Source of the DNA: Gekko japonicus | Lineage: Eukaryota | Direction of reading: 5' to 3' | DNA length: 64,000 nt | Assembly: GCF_001447785.1 (NCBI RefSeq) | Contig: NW_015161972.1 | Location: 162,030 to 226,029, forward strand | Shown here: in pieces, positions 38,217 through 51,142 of the stretch | Numbering within the stretch: the stretch's first letter is position 1 | Layout of the letters: each line of letters opens with the position of its first letter | Notes under the pieces: generated by a model | Seen by the model: the letters and a program-made list of their open reading frames with translations, nothing else | Database searches by the model: none | Told to the model about the DNA's origin: nothing | Translations under genes and position numbers: made by a program

Positions 38217-38604
38217 CAGGGGTCATTTCGTAGAAAAAGAGGTGCAGGAGCTCATTAGCATAACTCATTAGCATAACTTATTTACATATGCAACACCCCC
38301 TGACATCACCGGAAGTGTGTCAGAAGGCACCACTGGACTGTTTTGGATTGCTAGCTATTGGGGGGGGGGGACGTGCAGAACTGTCCTCGCAGAGGAGGGA
38401 GAGCTTGTACCTAAATAAAACTTGGTCTTAAAGGTGCCACTGGACTGTTTTGGACTGGGGGGGCTCTGCAACTTATCTGGCTGCTTCTTGCTCTGATTGA
38501 GGGCTGCTGGGAGCAGGGGGTGGGGCTTGTTGCATATACTTGCCCCCTGGGCTCTTTACTGCCGGAGCTCCGCTCCTGTGCGCTCCTGCAGGAAATGACC
38601 CCTG
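38217..38604. mobile_element. hAT MITE
   Basis: Perfect 13-bp TIR CAGGGGTCATTTC / GAAATGACCCCTG and exact 8-bp TSD GGTATACT. Confidence 0.9.
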
Positions 38605-39689
38605 GGTATACTAAAAGCAAACCAATCCACACTAAGCAATACAGGAGGTGTACAATACCACCATAAATTGATCACACATTATGTGATAATCACAATATTC
38701 AAGAAAACAATGTATTATATTCATGCTGTACACAATAACATTCCTTTTCAAATAAGACCTGATGATGTATTTCAGGGACAGTACTTCCTCAGAGTGAGAT
38801 GTGAAGCAGAAGAGCAGGTTCAGTTCTAAATATTATAAACAAATGTGAGAAGAGGAAATACAATTCACTTAGTTTCCCTTCCCCTTCCATTTAGAACATC
38901 TACAGCCATTCTTTATTGAGTAGATCCAGATCTCCCAGGTTGCTGCTAGTCACTGGAATGCAGCCTCTGTACAGTCTTGAAAACTCTCTGGGTGGCCTTG
39001 GGTTTATCAAGTCCTTTATATTTCAGTTAGATATCCATCAGTAAAATGGGAATAACAGTGATGCAGTTCTCAAAAGCTGTCATGAGAATGAATGAAGCAC
39101 GGCTTACAGAGTAAATCAGAGTAAAATCAGCATGTTTTTTAAAAGTTCAATGCAGAAAAAGTAAAATAGGAGGCCTAAAAAGAGGATCCCATGGATTAAG
39201 AATAATTGAATAATGAGAAGAACTACACAGAGAGGGGGTAATGGGGGGGAAAGTGTTAGATAAACATATGTAAACCGAATCATGTTGCGATAAATATTCA
39301 TAGACAGTATAGACTCATCATCTTGGTCAGGCAAAGGTCATCATGACCACAGTGGGGTTACTGGGACTGGATTGGAAAGGATCAAAGAGAAAGTAGGAGG
39401 AAAGGAGATGAGACAAGGGAAATAAATAAGCTAGACCTGCTGTTACTGTGTTAATCTACCAACTGCTCAGAACTCACCACATAGGGCAGACAGAGTGACA
39501 CCATATGTGCCTCCTTCAAATCCATCTTCAAGACCTATTTTGGTTGTGATAAATTAGCCCAGATGATGGATATTGAGATGAGGACCAATACAGGCAGTAA
39601 TAAGCATATGCCAAAATTGCTATGGACAAGCATTCATTATGAATGTCCAAGCCAAAAGGATATTACTCCTGAAAGACTATATACAGACT

Positions 39690-39848
39690 ATGGTTGCCAA
39701 CTCCAGGTGGGGCCTGGAGATCTTCCAGAATTGCAACAGATCCCCAAACTACAGAGATCAGTTCTCCTGGATCAAATGGCAGCTTTGGAGGCTGGACTGT
39801 ATGACATTACACCTTGCTGAGGTGAGGTCCCTTCCCTCCCCAAACTCA
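39690..39848 (+). mobile_element. Blackjack-like MITE family B, truncated
   Basis: GGTTGCCAACTCCAGGTGGGGCCTGGAGATC...AAATGGCAGCTTTGGAGG matches 56674-56891. Confidence 0.75.
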
Positions 39849-40739
39849 GTTTTTGTTTTTCTGCTATACATTATTTACTTTATTATGATTTACATTATTT
39901 ATTCACTTAATTCATAGCCCACCTTTCTTTCTCAGGCTCAGCTAAAAACAATGCTGTAAGGACAGCATAATGCAGCAGTCTCCAACTTTTTGGAGACTGT
40001 GGTCACCTCTGGAGTTTTGAGGGGTAACACCTCAAAATGGTCACCACAGGAGGTAGAGCCACGTACAATACCTCCCCTCCTTGATTTGCAAAAGAATCAC
40101 ATGGCAATTCTACTGAACACATGCAGCTGCCTTATTTGGAGGCTGGTCATTGGTCTATCAAGGTTAGTGTTGTGTGGTTAGAAACTTGGTCCAGCCACTG
40201 GAAGGACAGCAAGCCTGGGAAAGGGGAAGAGCTTCTACTCCTGAACACTTACCCCTACTCATGCAGCGGCCCAGCTCCCCAGACCCTAAGATTAGAACAA
40301 AGCTCCCTCTCTGGTCCATTGAAATCAGTAGGATTTGTCCAAGCAGATTGAAGTGAAAAATTACAACTGTCTTGCACAATGTGTGGGTCAACATGCTGCT
40401 CCCCCCTCCCAATCTCTCCTGGCTTCTCCAAGCCTTGAAATTCTCCTCTTCATGCAGTCTCAGTCATGCTGCAAACACAGGAGTCTTATTTTGCTCCCGC
40501 AGACCATTTTCATGACTGTTAGGCTGTGTCTGTCTTTGCACCTCACAAACAACGCAAGTTTGTTGTAAAGTTTTACATCCAATTCCATACATATATAAAT
40601 TCCACTGTTTATATTGGAAATGTATTTCCATATACAGATATTGAGGATCACAGTCCTACGGTGGAATCCCAAACACAGTTACACCCTTCTAAGTCCACTG
40701 AAATCAATGGACATAGAAGGGTATCTATCAGGTTAGGGT

Positions 40740-40912
40740 TAGGGTGGCTAACTCTAGGTTCGGAAATTCCTTGAGATTTGGGAATGGAGCCTGGGGAGGT
40801 GGAGTGTAATGCCATAAAATGGACCTTCCAAAGCAGCCAGTTTCTCAATGGGTGCTGATTTCTGCCATCTGGAAATTAGTTGTAATTTTGGGAGATCTCC
40901 AGGTTGGCAACC
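40740..40912 (-). mobile_element. Blackjack-like MITE family B, nested in a short palindromic element
   Basis: TAGGGTGGCTAAC ... GGTTGGCAACC, reverse of 56674-56891. Confidence 0.7.
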
Positions 40913-42094
40913 AAAGTTAGGATTGTGCTAATAGTGTCTTAAACAAACCAGCACATACCATTGTGTCTTTTTTTCTCCTTTCAAAACCACAAATTGGCTT
41001 TCACCCTTTTTTGTTTAATGTCTGGCTCCGAGATCTGAGGACTTTTATTTATTGCAAGTAAGCATTCACATTTTCCTTGCAATTCATGTGGATCTTTAAA
41101 AGTTCATATAGTTTTAAACTGTTTCCTGAGCTATGATGAAAGTTGAAATACGGTACTCTGGATGATTTTACTGATTCCATACATAGAAGATATTAGCCAG
41201 CTACTTCTCCTGTTATCAGATCTCCAAGAGACTTTGCTTCTTCCAGTCCTGCATCTTCAGCTTATATAATTTTATCCTCTTGATAAGACATGTATCTAAT
41301 ACAGTTGGAGGCATCTTTTAAATTTTCCCCCAATGTAAAATTCAATGTAGAATCCATGGATTAGAAACAAAACACTACACCCAGCTCTCATACAGCATTA
41401 TTGCAAGCCTTCTTAGGTTCCTTTGACAAAGATCATTCTAAAATATAAAAACACAAACTCTTTTATTCAGTTATCCAGAATTCCTTGCTCATGAGATTTA
41501 TTGTGTGTCTCCAGCCATGTACCCTCAGGCATATGTAAACATATTAAATTATCACGTCAGTTTCTATAAACTTGTGATAATCTTAATGTTTTGCTGGTCA
41601 TTCAGATCAATGAGATTGCACCATAAATAATAGTTCAGCTTGAAAGCCACCACTTTTATGTACATTTTTTTATTTTAAATGTATTTATTTAAAATATATT
41701 TATACATCACATTTTCACCCAAATAGGATGCCCAGGGCGATGAACAACAAGGCATTCAACTCTTTAAAACATTAACAATAACAATAAAAACATATAAAGA
41801 TAAAAGCAAGACTAGGGAGGGGGGCAATAAAAGTTTATTGGGGGTATCCCAAATGAGACAGAAAAGTCTTCACCTGCTGGTGGAAGAAAATGGCTTATGT
41901 GAGACTGATGAATCTAGTATGATTGCTAGTATGAAATAGCTTTTATATATAGTTTCCAAAATCCATTCAAAAGAATAAAAGACAATGTAAAGTTTCATAC
42001 ACTGGGGCAAAAGTAGCATGAAAGGGAGGGAGATAGTCACTTGAGGTGAGACTTAGCTTTACAAAGACAGGATTACTCCTCCAGAGCATCTGTT

Positions 42095-42301
42095 GGTAGA
42101 AAGTGCCCTCAAGTCACAGACGACTTATGGTTACGGTGTAATATTTTCAATGGAAGAGATGAACAGAGGTGCTTTGCCACTGTCTGCCTCTGTGTAGCAG
42201 CCTTGGGCTTCCTCGGTGGTCTCCCATCCAAGTATTAACTAGGGGCAACTCTCCGTAGTTTCTAAAGAGACTGGGCTAGCCTGGGCCAGCCAGGGCAGGG
42301 C
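42095..42301 (-). mobile_element. 5S rRNA-derived SINE
   Basis: GGTCTCCCATCCAAGTATTAAC is antisense 5S. The body is shared with 54076-54308. Confidence 0.8.
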
Positions 42302-42307
42302 AGGGTG

Positions 42308-42548
42308 TAGGGTTGCCAAGTCCAAAATTACTTACCGCGTGGGAGTCCCGCGCCATCCCAGGAGTCCCCGTGCGCGCCGCCGCGATGATGCCACCCGGAA
42401 GTGATGTCATCGCATTGGCACGTTGGGGGTGGGGCCACTAGGATTCAAGGGAAAACCATAGAGTTTTCCCTCAAATCATAGAACGTCCCACCCCAAACGT
42501 GGCCAGCGTGATGATGTCAAGTTCCCCCGGGGGAACTTGGCAAGTCTA
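42308..42548. mobile_element. Blackjack-like MITE family A
   Basis: TAGGGTTGCCAAGT ... ACTTGGCAAGTCTA, CpG-rich, contains CCGGAAGTGATGTCA. Confidence 0.75.
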
Positions 42549-42670
42549 GCAGCTTCTGTTGCAGATGGTTTAAACCAAAATATTTGGTTAGCAACGCATA
42601 GCATGAGTCATCTTTCTCATCCAGAAATCTGTTTTTAAAAGCTCTGAGATTTAATTTGACTTGTGTGAAT

Positions 42671-42868
42671 ACATGAACCTGCCTTGAATCAGACTGTTGA
42701 TCTATCAGGGTCAGTATTATTTACTCTTGACAGGCAGTAGTTCTCCAGGGTCTCAGGCAGTGGCCTTTCATATTACCTATTACCTGATTCTTTTAACTGG
42801 AGGTGCTGAGGATTGAACTGTGGATCTTCTGCATGCAAAGCAGTCACTCTCCCACAAGCCACTGTCTT
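42671..42868 (-). mobile_element. tRNA-derived SINE, old
   Basis: Antisense B box (GGATTGAACT) and head, with a CATGAA.CTGCCTT tail shared with 13293 and 16860. Confidence 0.65.
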
Positions 42869-43388
42869 TCCACAAAGATTCATAGAATCTGTTCCTTAAA
42901 TTCACTAAATATCATTTACTAAAACAATTTAAAATTAATATTTATGTACCCAAACAGAAGGTCTAACTACAATGGAATAGTGCTGGTGTTTTGAAAGCAC
43001 TAAAGGCATTCATATATATTCAGTTTATAGTATTCGCCCAAGACCATAAGCCTCCCATTGACATTTCACATTGGAGAAAGGTCACAGAAAAAACCCATCA
43101 ATAAATTGTCACCTTGCTGAATGTTCACAAGAAGTATAGCAACAAAAAAATATCTTGGACTAAAATGCCCAAGGCACTTCTGTACCCTCTCCCACTTCAG
43201 CATGCAGTCGTTCCACACTGCTGGGGCAATTGTGCAAATAATGATATTGTTTGAATGGGTCCCGTCACATGGGTTTTTCAGAACAGGTCTGAGATAGTTT
43301 GGAACCAGAGACAGAAAACTCACCACCTGGTCCTCACCAAAACTGTTGGTGAAAGCAAACCTAAGAACACCGTTTTCATGCCCCTATT

Positions 43389-43545
43389 TAGGGCTGCCAA
43401 GTCCCCCCGGGGAGGCCCGTTTCCCGCCACCGGCGGATCGGGCCCCGGGGAGAACCCCACCCCGGCGTGCGCGTCACCAGGAAGTGACGTTATGACACCG
43501 GGCACGCTGGAGCGGGGCCACGACCATTTGAGGGAGAAACTCTTA
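43389..43545. mobile_element. Blackjack-like MITE family A, one arm
   Basis: TAGGGCTGCCAAGT terminus and GTGCGCGTCACCAGGAAGTGACGT as in the 57062 copy. Confidence 0.7.
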
Positions 43546-43833
43546 TGTAGAGTTGCCAACTTTCCAGGGATCCCCCAAAGATTGGGGATTCCATCTCCAA
43601 ATAGGGAGATTCAGCCAGAGGGGTCTCACTGTCCCTCTAAAAAGGCAGTGACGATTCCGTGAGTGGTGGCAGCAAACTTAAGGAGTGAGATACGCCCACG
43701 GGACAAGGGTGGGAGGCAAACAGCTGAGTTGTAAACTGGAGCCCATTTCGCCATGGTAGGTAACCAAGCTTGGTTCAGACAAAGGAAACCCTTTGCAGGC
43801 CTTTGTGAGGAACTCATTGGGGCCAGTCCTGAC

Positions 43834-44051
43834 TAGGGTTGCCAGCTCCAGGTAGGGAGACTCCTGGAGATTTTCTGGTAGAGTCTATGGAAGCCAGGGT
43901 TTGGGGAGAGGAGAGGCCTCAGCTGAACCGAATGCCATACAGCCCACCTTCCAAAGCAGTTATTTTCTTCAGGGGGGGAGAGATCTGTTGTCTGGAGTTC
44001 AGTTGTGATACCTGGTGATCTTCAGGCTCTACCTGGAGGTTGGCTGCCCTA
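43834..44051 (-). mobile_element. Blackjack-like MITE family B
   Basis: TAGGGTTGCCA ... TGGCTGCCCTA, reverse of 56674-56891. A SINE body follows at 44052-44235. Confidence 0.8.
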
Positions 44052-44239
44052 GGCATAGCAGTCAGTGCTTCAGAGCAGAGTCTGCTAGATCCAGGTTCTT
44101 GCTGTAGAAGCTGAGTGGGTGATTTTGGACCAGTCACAGACTTTCAGCCTAACCTACCTCACAGGGTTGTTGTGCAAGTCAAAAGGGGGAGAGGAGAATG
44201 ATGTAAGCTGCTTTGGGCCCCATTGCAGAGAAAGACTAC

Positions 44240-45060
44240 TTTTCCTCCTGGGAAACCATTGTTGCCAATCTCCAGGTGAGGTCTGGAGATCACTCAGAAT
44301 TATAACTGCTCTCCAGATGGCAGATATCAGTTCCCCTGGAGAAAATGGCAGACTCTGTGGCAGTCAGGGCTTCAGAGCATGGGAAATGGTGGACTCTGTG
44401 ACAGTCAGGGTTTCAGAGCACGGAAGAGGCTGCAGGTGTGTGTGTGGGAAAATGGAAAGCTGAAGAGAAGGGGAAATAAAGGTAGGTTGATGATTGGCTG
44501 GGAAGGAGATAGGGTTGCCAACTCCAGGTGGGAAATTCCTGGAGATTTTAGGGATGGAAACTGGAGAGGGTGAGGTTTGAGGAGGGGTGGGACCTCAAGA
44601 CAGGTACAACTCCATGGACTCCACCCTCCCAACCAGCCATTCCCTTTTGGGGAACCACTGTTGTCAATCTCAGGAGAGGGGTGGAAATCACTTGGAATTA
44701 CAACTGATCTCCAGGAGGGAGAGGGGAGGAAATGCAAAGCTGAAATCAGAGGGGCAAATAATGGCAGGTTGATGCTTGGCTGGGAAGGAGATAGGGTTGC
44801 CCCCTCCAGGTTGGGAAATTCATGGAGATTTGAGGGGTGGAGCCTGAAGAGGGTGAGGTTTGAGGAGGGGTAGGACCTCAGACAGGTACAATGCTATAGA
44901 CTCCACCCTCCAAACCAGCCATTTCTTCCTGGGTAACAATTGTTGCCAATCCCCAGGTGAGGGCTTGAGATCTCTGAAAATTACAACTGCTCTTCAGGTA
45001 GCAGAGATCACTTTCTCTGGAGAAAATGATGGACTCTGTGTCGTTATACCCTGCTGAGGT
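44240..45060. repeat. Diverged tandem array (~283-bp unit) built from MITE family B halves
   Basis: TTGGCTGGGAAGGAGATAGGGTTGCC recurs at ~44494 and ~44776. TTTC(C/T)TCCTGGG.AAC.ATTGTTGCCAATC-like sequence recurs at ~44241, ~44641 and ~44922. Confidence 0.75.
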
Positions 45061-48000
45061 TGCCACTGCACATTGACACTGAGTGCCCAAGGCCTTGGCA
45101 CTCTTCCAGAGGCTATTTCTAGAGCTCGTATTTATTTCCACAACGGGCCTTATTCCTAGTCTTAAATACATTTTTGTTTCAGCTTCAAGATTTATCCGAT
45201 CCTTTGTGTTCACTGGATCTCATTCTTGGAGGGCAACTCAAATTCCACAGGATAACAACAACAAGAAAATTAACACATCCCTCTTTGCCTCCTTATGCCA
45301 GTATTGGGAACCAAGACCATGTGGAATTAGCTTTCCTGTTTTAGGCAACAACAACAGTGCTCGAGCATCTTACAATCAAAGCTCCATAAGATACACACGC
45401 ATCCAGAACAGATGTTCCTTTCTGGAGCTGCTGCTGCTGCTGCTTCTGCCAAAAAGTGGCTTTGTAGACTTGGGGGGGGGGGGGAAATTTGAAAAAAAAA
45501 TATATTAAGTTTTCCTTTAATATGTACCAGATATACTGATTGCAGTATGGCTGATTCTATGGCAAATACTTGCACAATCAGCCCTGGCCAAATAGTCATT
45601 TAACTCATGTGTGTGCACCTACAGAGTGGGCCCATTGCTCTCAGAGGTTGAGCCATCTGGGTTGGATCCAGACTAAAGTATCTATCAGCAAAACAGAAAT
45701 TTCCTGCCTCCCTCTCCCCAGTGTAGTCCACTGATCTGCACAAAATGATGCTCCTAGGAGGTAGGCAGCCCTGAAGAATGACTTGAAGGGGGTTTGCACT
45801 GGGAAGGGAGCATCAGTGGAAGTTGCCAATTTAGTCTGCAATCAACCTTCTGCTTTGCAGGTTCAACTCTGACATCTCCAAATTAAAGAACAAGGTAGTA
45901 GGTGTTGTGGAAGACCTTTATCTCTCAGATCCTGGGGAACCACTGCCAGTCAGCAGATAATATTGACCTCGATAGACCTATGGTATGACTTAATGTGTTT
46001 ATATACAGTGTAGGAGTGTGTGTGAAGGTCACCGTACTAATGTACCAAAAGAGCAGCTTTGTTAGTGTCTGGCAGATAAACAGACAAAGCCCATCATCCA
46101 CTGTTGGGTGGGAGTGATGCTGCACATGCCAAGCTCCCACACAAGTGGGATTTCTCGTTCACTCAAATGAAAGGAGCAGATTCATAGACAGAAATGAATG
46201 TGTGTAAGATGCTTCCCCCATTAAATTGAATGGTGAAGTCCTTATATTGACAGGCTCTCTGTTATATGCATTGGAGCTTCAGCGTTGGCAGGAATCTCCT
46301 GCATGTGGGCAACAGAATGCCCTTGTATTTTAAGAACTAACTAGTTCCTTAAGGAATAGCCATTTGTGCACATAGTGTTTTACTAAGTAACATAAGCAAA
46401 GAAGGCAGTGCCCATTTGAATATAAATTTTTACAGCTAGATGGGATGGCCAAAAGAGAAGGGAGAAGAAAGTGTAATTATATGCTTTCCTTTATTCTACT
46501 CCTTATATAATGGAATTTATCTAGACTAAACTGGAAATTAAATGTTGAATTATCTGGTTGATGGAAGAATTAAGCAAGAGGCATCGATGGCTTGTAGAAA
46601 TACTCTAAATATAGAGACATTCTATCTTTGGCTTACAGTTTTTAGCCTTTTGGACATTTGCTACAAGCTAAAAATCTTCTCAGCTGCTAGAAGCCTAAGC
46701 CATTACGTAAGAGACACATTAAACTTTGTGGGAGAACAGTGTGCAGTCAACGATCTACGGTAGGAGCCAATTGACTTATGGCAAGGCAAGTGAATAGCAG
46801 AGGTGGTTGGCCGTTGCCTTCCTCTGCAAAGTCTTCCTCGGTGGACTCCTATCCAAGTACCAACCCTGCTTGGCTTCCAAGATCTGACCTTCCTTCCATT
46901 TTCATACTCGTTTGACCCAGTGTATATTAACCTATAACATTTATTATGTGGTAAATGTTATTGTGAATTTTCTGTACAGATCTCTTCTTTATAGGAACCT
47001 TATAACCTGATTGCCAAAAATGACTGTGTAAGCAATACAGCTGAGTGAATTTTATTCAGATTTCAGATGCAGTATAAGTGAAGGATGTCGGTCTCCCATC
47101 TATTTATCATGTTGAGACATGTTTTAATGCGACTGCAGCTTTGTTTCAGACTTCTCTCCTTGAGATATTGTTGCCAGGGATTCCAAGTAAACATTCTAAA
47201 ATTAACATACACTATAATTCCAGAGTTCTCTTATATTACATTAAAATGTACCTTATATATGTATATTAACATTCGGATGACATTAACACAAGTGACAGAG
47301 GAGTACCGGTACTAGGAAATTAACCTCTTACTGTTCTGTTCAAAGTTGCTAATGTATGAATTACGCAGCAAAAATGTATTAAGTGCCAAGAATCCATAAA
47401 TAACAGGATTAACAATTGGAACAAAAAGAAATTGGGCTGGTTCCTGCAATTATTTCTGTTGGTGCAAGAGATTGGAAGGGCTGCTTTTGACTGTTGAAAA
47501 GATTGTGCCAGGTATCTTGGGAGCTCCCCCCCATAGACAAAAAGCTATCCAGTGTGGAGGGGTATGGCCAGGATCACCCCTCATTTTTCTTGCACGAATA
47601 GAAAATCTGGTAAAATCCAACCCTCCTTTCTTCCACCAGGTGTCCATTTAATGCAGCTCATGGAGATATTGAAGTACGTAATTTGTTTGTCCTTCTAAAG
47701 TCAAGAAGAGTGGAATCTGGCTCTTATTTTATGCTGACGTGATGTTGAAAGACAGTGGGGATGGTTGGGTTGTTGTAACAATGAAACACTGACCAATTAA
47801 AGGCTGATCCAGAAGTGCAGGAAGAGTAGATTTTTGAGACTCCGATTCCTGAACTGGCAAGAAGACATGATGAATGAAAACCCTGATGAGGATTCACAGA
47901 ATAGCACAAACCATCAGCCCCTGGGGAAATCAATATATGTGTACCATGTTTAAAATTAATAGTAGCAGCCAGCCATTCTACCATCTGGAAAAAAATAATT

Positions 48001-48356
48001 TATTTATTCACTAAGAATACAGCAGTAGAATTTTTTTGGGGGGAGAGGGAAATGTGGGAGAAGTGTAGCATTGTGATATTTACCTGGAGAATTAAATAAA
48101 GTCAACAACACATGTTGTTTCTGAAAGCAACTGGCCTTACAGTTTACAGAACTTGAGGAATGCTGTTTCTAAATAAGACAGTATATGGAATTGCACAGCC
48201 TGGTCTAGGTAAAGTTGGCCATCTGTCTCTATTCATCTGCACTGATGTACTTCTTGTCTGCTTTCCTATTATAAAATTATACTAACAGGTTTCTCAAGGA
48301 ACCAGTAGGAACAGCAGAATAGATAGTTGGAGAACAGTTTAAGTTTTGTTAATATT

Positions 48357-51142
48357 TAGGAATGGACATGAACTAGGAAATTCGGTTCATGGTTCGTGGT
48401 GTGACTGGTTTGCAAACCACGAACTATCACAAACTTTTAGATGCTAAATGAACTGGTTTGGTACATGAAGTTCATGACATGGTTGAATATACACACCCTG
48501 GCAGGACGTCCCTGGCTGACTCTTCTCTACCTGCCTTCCAAGTTTGGTGAGGATTGGATTTACGGGGTCCGAGTTACTCCCCCCCCCCCCCGAAGGTGCC
48601 CTCAGGAAAGTGCTTTCTGGGGAAATTACAGGCACACGTTCAGGAGTGTATAGAGTGCACCCTGTGTAAGCAAGAGACACCAAAATCATTAGGGGATCTC
48701 TGGCTGATTCTCCTCTACCTACCTCCATTTGGTAAGAACTGGACTTATGGGGTCTGACTTATGCCACCCCACCCCCCAAAGAAGGTGCTCGCATTGTCCA
48801 TTGTTTCCTTTAGAGAGAAAAAAGCAAAAAAAAAAAAAAGCAATATAAGCCCCACAGAACAGAATCAAAGTCCCAGAGAACCTCTGCAGTAGAAAATGAA
48901 TGTGGTGGGGGGCATTTTTGCAAGCCCAACAGAACCAATGCAATGGGCCCAGCAGAAGCAGTGCCACTGTGGCAGTGCAAACCCAACAGGACTAAGATCA
49001 AGCTAGAAAAGTGCTTTGGGGGAAAATGTCAGGGGCAGGTTCAAAAGTATATAGATTGGACCCCCTGCAAGTTACACACACCAAGTGCACATGGTACCTC
49101 ACCCTGCCGCCTGCTCCTCTATGATGTCTTCAAGTTGGGAGTGGATTACCTTTCCCAGTTATGGACCCCCCCCCAAAGGTCTTCCCCATTTATACCCTCC
49201 TACCGCTCCTGAGTGTGAACCTCTCTGTGTGCCATGAGGGTGAAAGTGGATGCAAAGGGTGCTTGTCATGGGGGAGGGGGAGAAGTCCTCCACCTCTTGC
49301 ATACCACAGGCCCCTGTCCCTGGGCACCAAACCCATCCTGTCAGCCCACTGGAGCCTGGCCCTAGCTGGGCATCTCCAGGGGTCTTGGATACTCCTTCCC
49401 CTGATCTGTTCCCGGGGCTCTCCACAGAGGCAAAAGAGTTGTTAGCACTGCCCAGAGACAGCCAGCAGTTGCTAACAGTCTTTGGAGAGGAGGACTCTGA
49501 CAGCAGTGATTCAGAGGGTGGTGGTGGTGGGAAGTCCACAGTTTGGAAACATTTCCACACCCTCTCCAGTGACCCCTGTGTGGCTGAGTGCTGGATATGC
49601 CACACCCATGTTCGGAGGGCCACAAACACCCAATACTCAATCCTTCGCAGGCACCTGCAAAGGGTGCACCATGACCCAACTATGTTGCCAGCAGGAGGAA
49701 GAAGAGGCCCACTCCCTCTCAGCAGGGAGAAGTAGAGGGGGAATCGGAGGCTTCTCCAAGAAAGGCTGCCTGCACTCGGGCTGCTGTGGGTGGTACATCA
49801 AGGCAGGCCACTATCCAAGAGGTTAAAAGGGCTTTGTGGAGGGCCCAGGAAATAGTCACTCACCTCGTCGGTGAGATGATTACTGTGGATGGCCAACCTT
49901 TCTCCCTCGTGGAAGACGTAGCCTTTCACTGGCTGCAGTGGCAATGGTCAAGGCTCAGTTCTCCAGCGCACAAGGCAGAACTGTGCACTTCATGGCAGAC
50001 CTCGAGCAGCCAGCAGGACTGTTGGGGCATGGCCCAAGTCCCAGGAGGGGACAGCCCTGCCACGAGGCCACAAAGTGGTTCTGCTCCATATGCAGGGAAT
50101 GGATACAGACCACACAGTACAAAACATCACCACAGTGTGATACAGAGTAGCCTGAGGGAGTGGGTGGGTGTTTGCATGTGGGTATCACCACCAGGTTGCA
50201 TCCCCCAAGAAAGGGGAGTACAAGCTGGCCCCACCTGAAAGGCAGCATTGCTCTCCTGAATGCAGAGCTCTTGCAGTGGAAGCGTGAGCTCTGCAAAGAA
50301 GTGTGGAGGCTACAGGTCAGCAGACATGGCCAGAGGTAACAGCAGGTGGAAGAGGCTGGGGAGGAGGGGGAGGAGCCGCAGCCCAGCACTTCTGCCTCAA
50401 AAAGCCCAACCAGGGAAAAGCCCCACTACTGGGAGGTCAGCAGCAGCAGCAGAAATGGTGGAGGATTTGGCAGAGGTGATGGTGAGGGAGTGCCTTGCCA
50501 AGTCCATTGAGCCCGCCGCTGCCAATCCGCTGGAGTCCTAGTCACACAAGGCTGTCATCTGGCCCGACCTCTCTTGCATGGCCATGAGCCCTGATTCCAC
50601 CTAAAAACCCAAACCCAGCAGAGGAGAGGAATTCACAATCAGGAGAGTATAAAACATGGATCCTCAGCTGAGGCACTCAGCATGAGCAGTGGCTGAGAGC
50701 CCCGAGTCCACCTAGCATCCAAACCCCAGCAGGGAAGAGATGTTCACAGTCAGGAATAAATTAATGTGTTCTGCTTTTAACAAGTTCTCTGCCTCTGTGT
50801 CTAACTGTGAACAGCCAACAGAGGAGGGGCTGCAGAGTTGAGCTGATATATATAGCACTCTGATGCTGTAGGGCAGAATGGGAACTCTGTTATTGGCAGC
50901 CAGTAGTGCCTTTTAAGCTTTGGAGGGCTCCTATTGGTGTTTCCAAGGCTGGAGAATCCCCCCTGTTGCTTTGAAGTTTTGTAAACATTTTAATTGAGCA
51001 GAGACAATCTGTCTGGAAATGTATCAATTCAGGAACCACCATGAACAACGGTCTCCCCACCGGGAACATCGCATCGCAATCCAAGAACCAGCCAAAATTC
51101 ATGACAAACTTTTGTTTGTGAGCCGGTTTGTGCCCATCCCTA
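48357..51142 (+). mobile_element. Internally deleted hAT (Ac/ZBED-type) DNA transposon
   Basis: TIRs TAGGAATGGACATGAAC / GTTTGTGCCCATCCCTA, 8-bp TSD TTAATATT/TTATTATT, subterminal GAAC/GTTC repeats. Transposase remnants: BED finger, EMITVDGQPFSLVED..F, VHF.AD, and the C-terminal dimerisation region NPLES*..K..IWPDL. Confidence 0.88.
49250..49735 (+). pseudogene. hAT transposase N-terminal ORF with BED zinc finger
   Basis: KSTVWKHF......VAECWIC...VRR......SILRRHLQRVH keeps the CxxC and HxxxxH ligands and the aromatic BED signature. Downstream transposase is frameshifted and deleted. Confidence 0.8.

Noticed and set aside
44240-45060. CRISPR-like repeat/spacer array
   Set aside because: Eukaryotic context, long diverged MITE-derived units, no unique spacers and no cas genes.
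47875-47912. CTGATGAG hammerhead-like core
   Set aside because: No GAAA after a closable stem II and no stems I/III.
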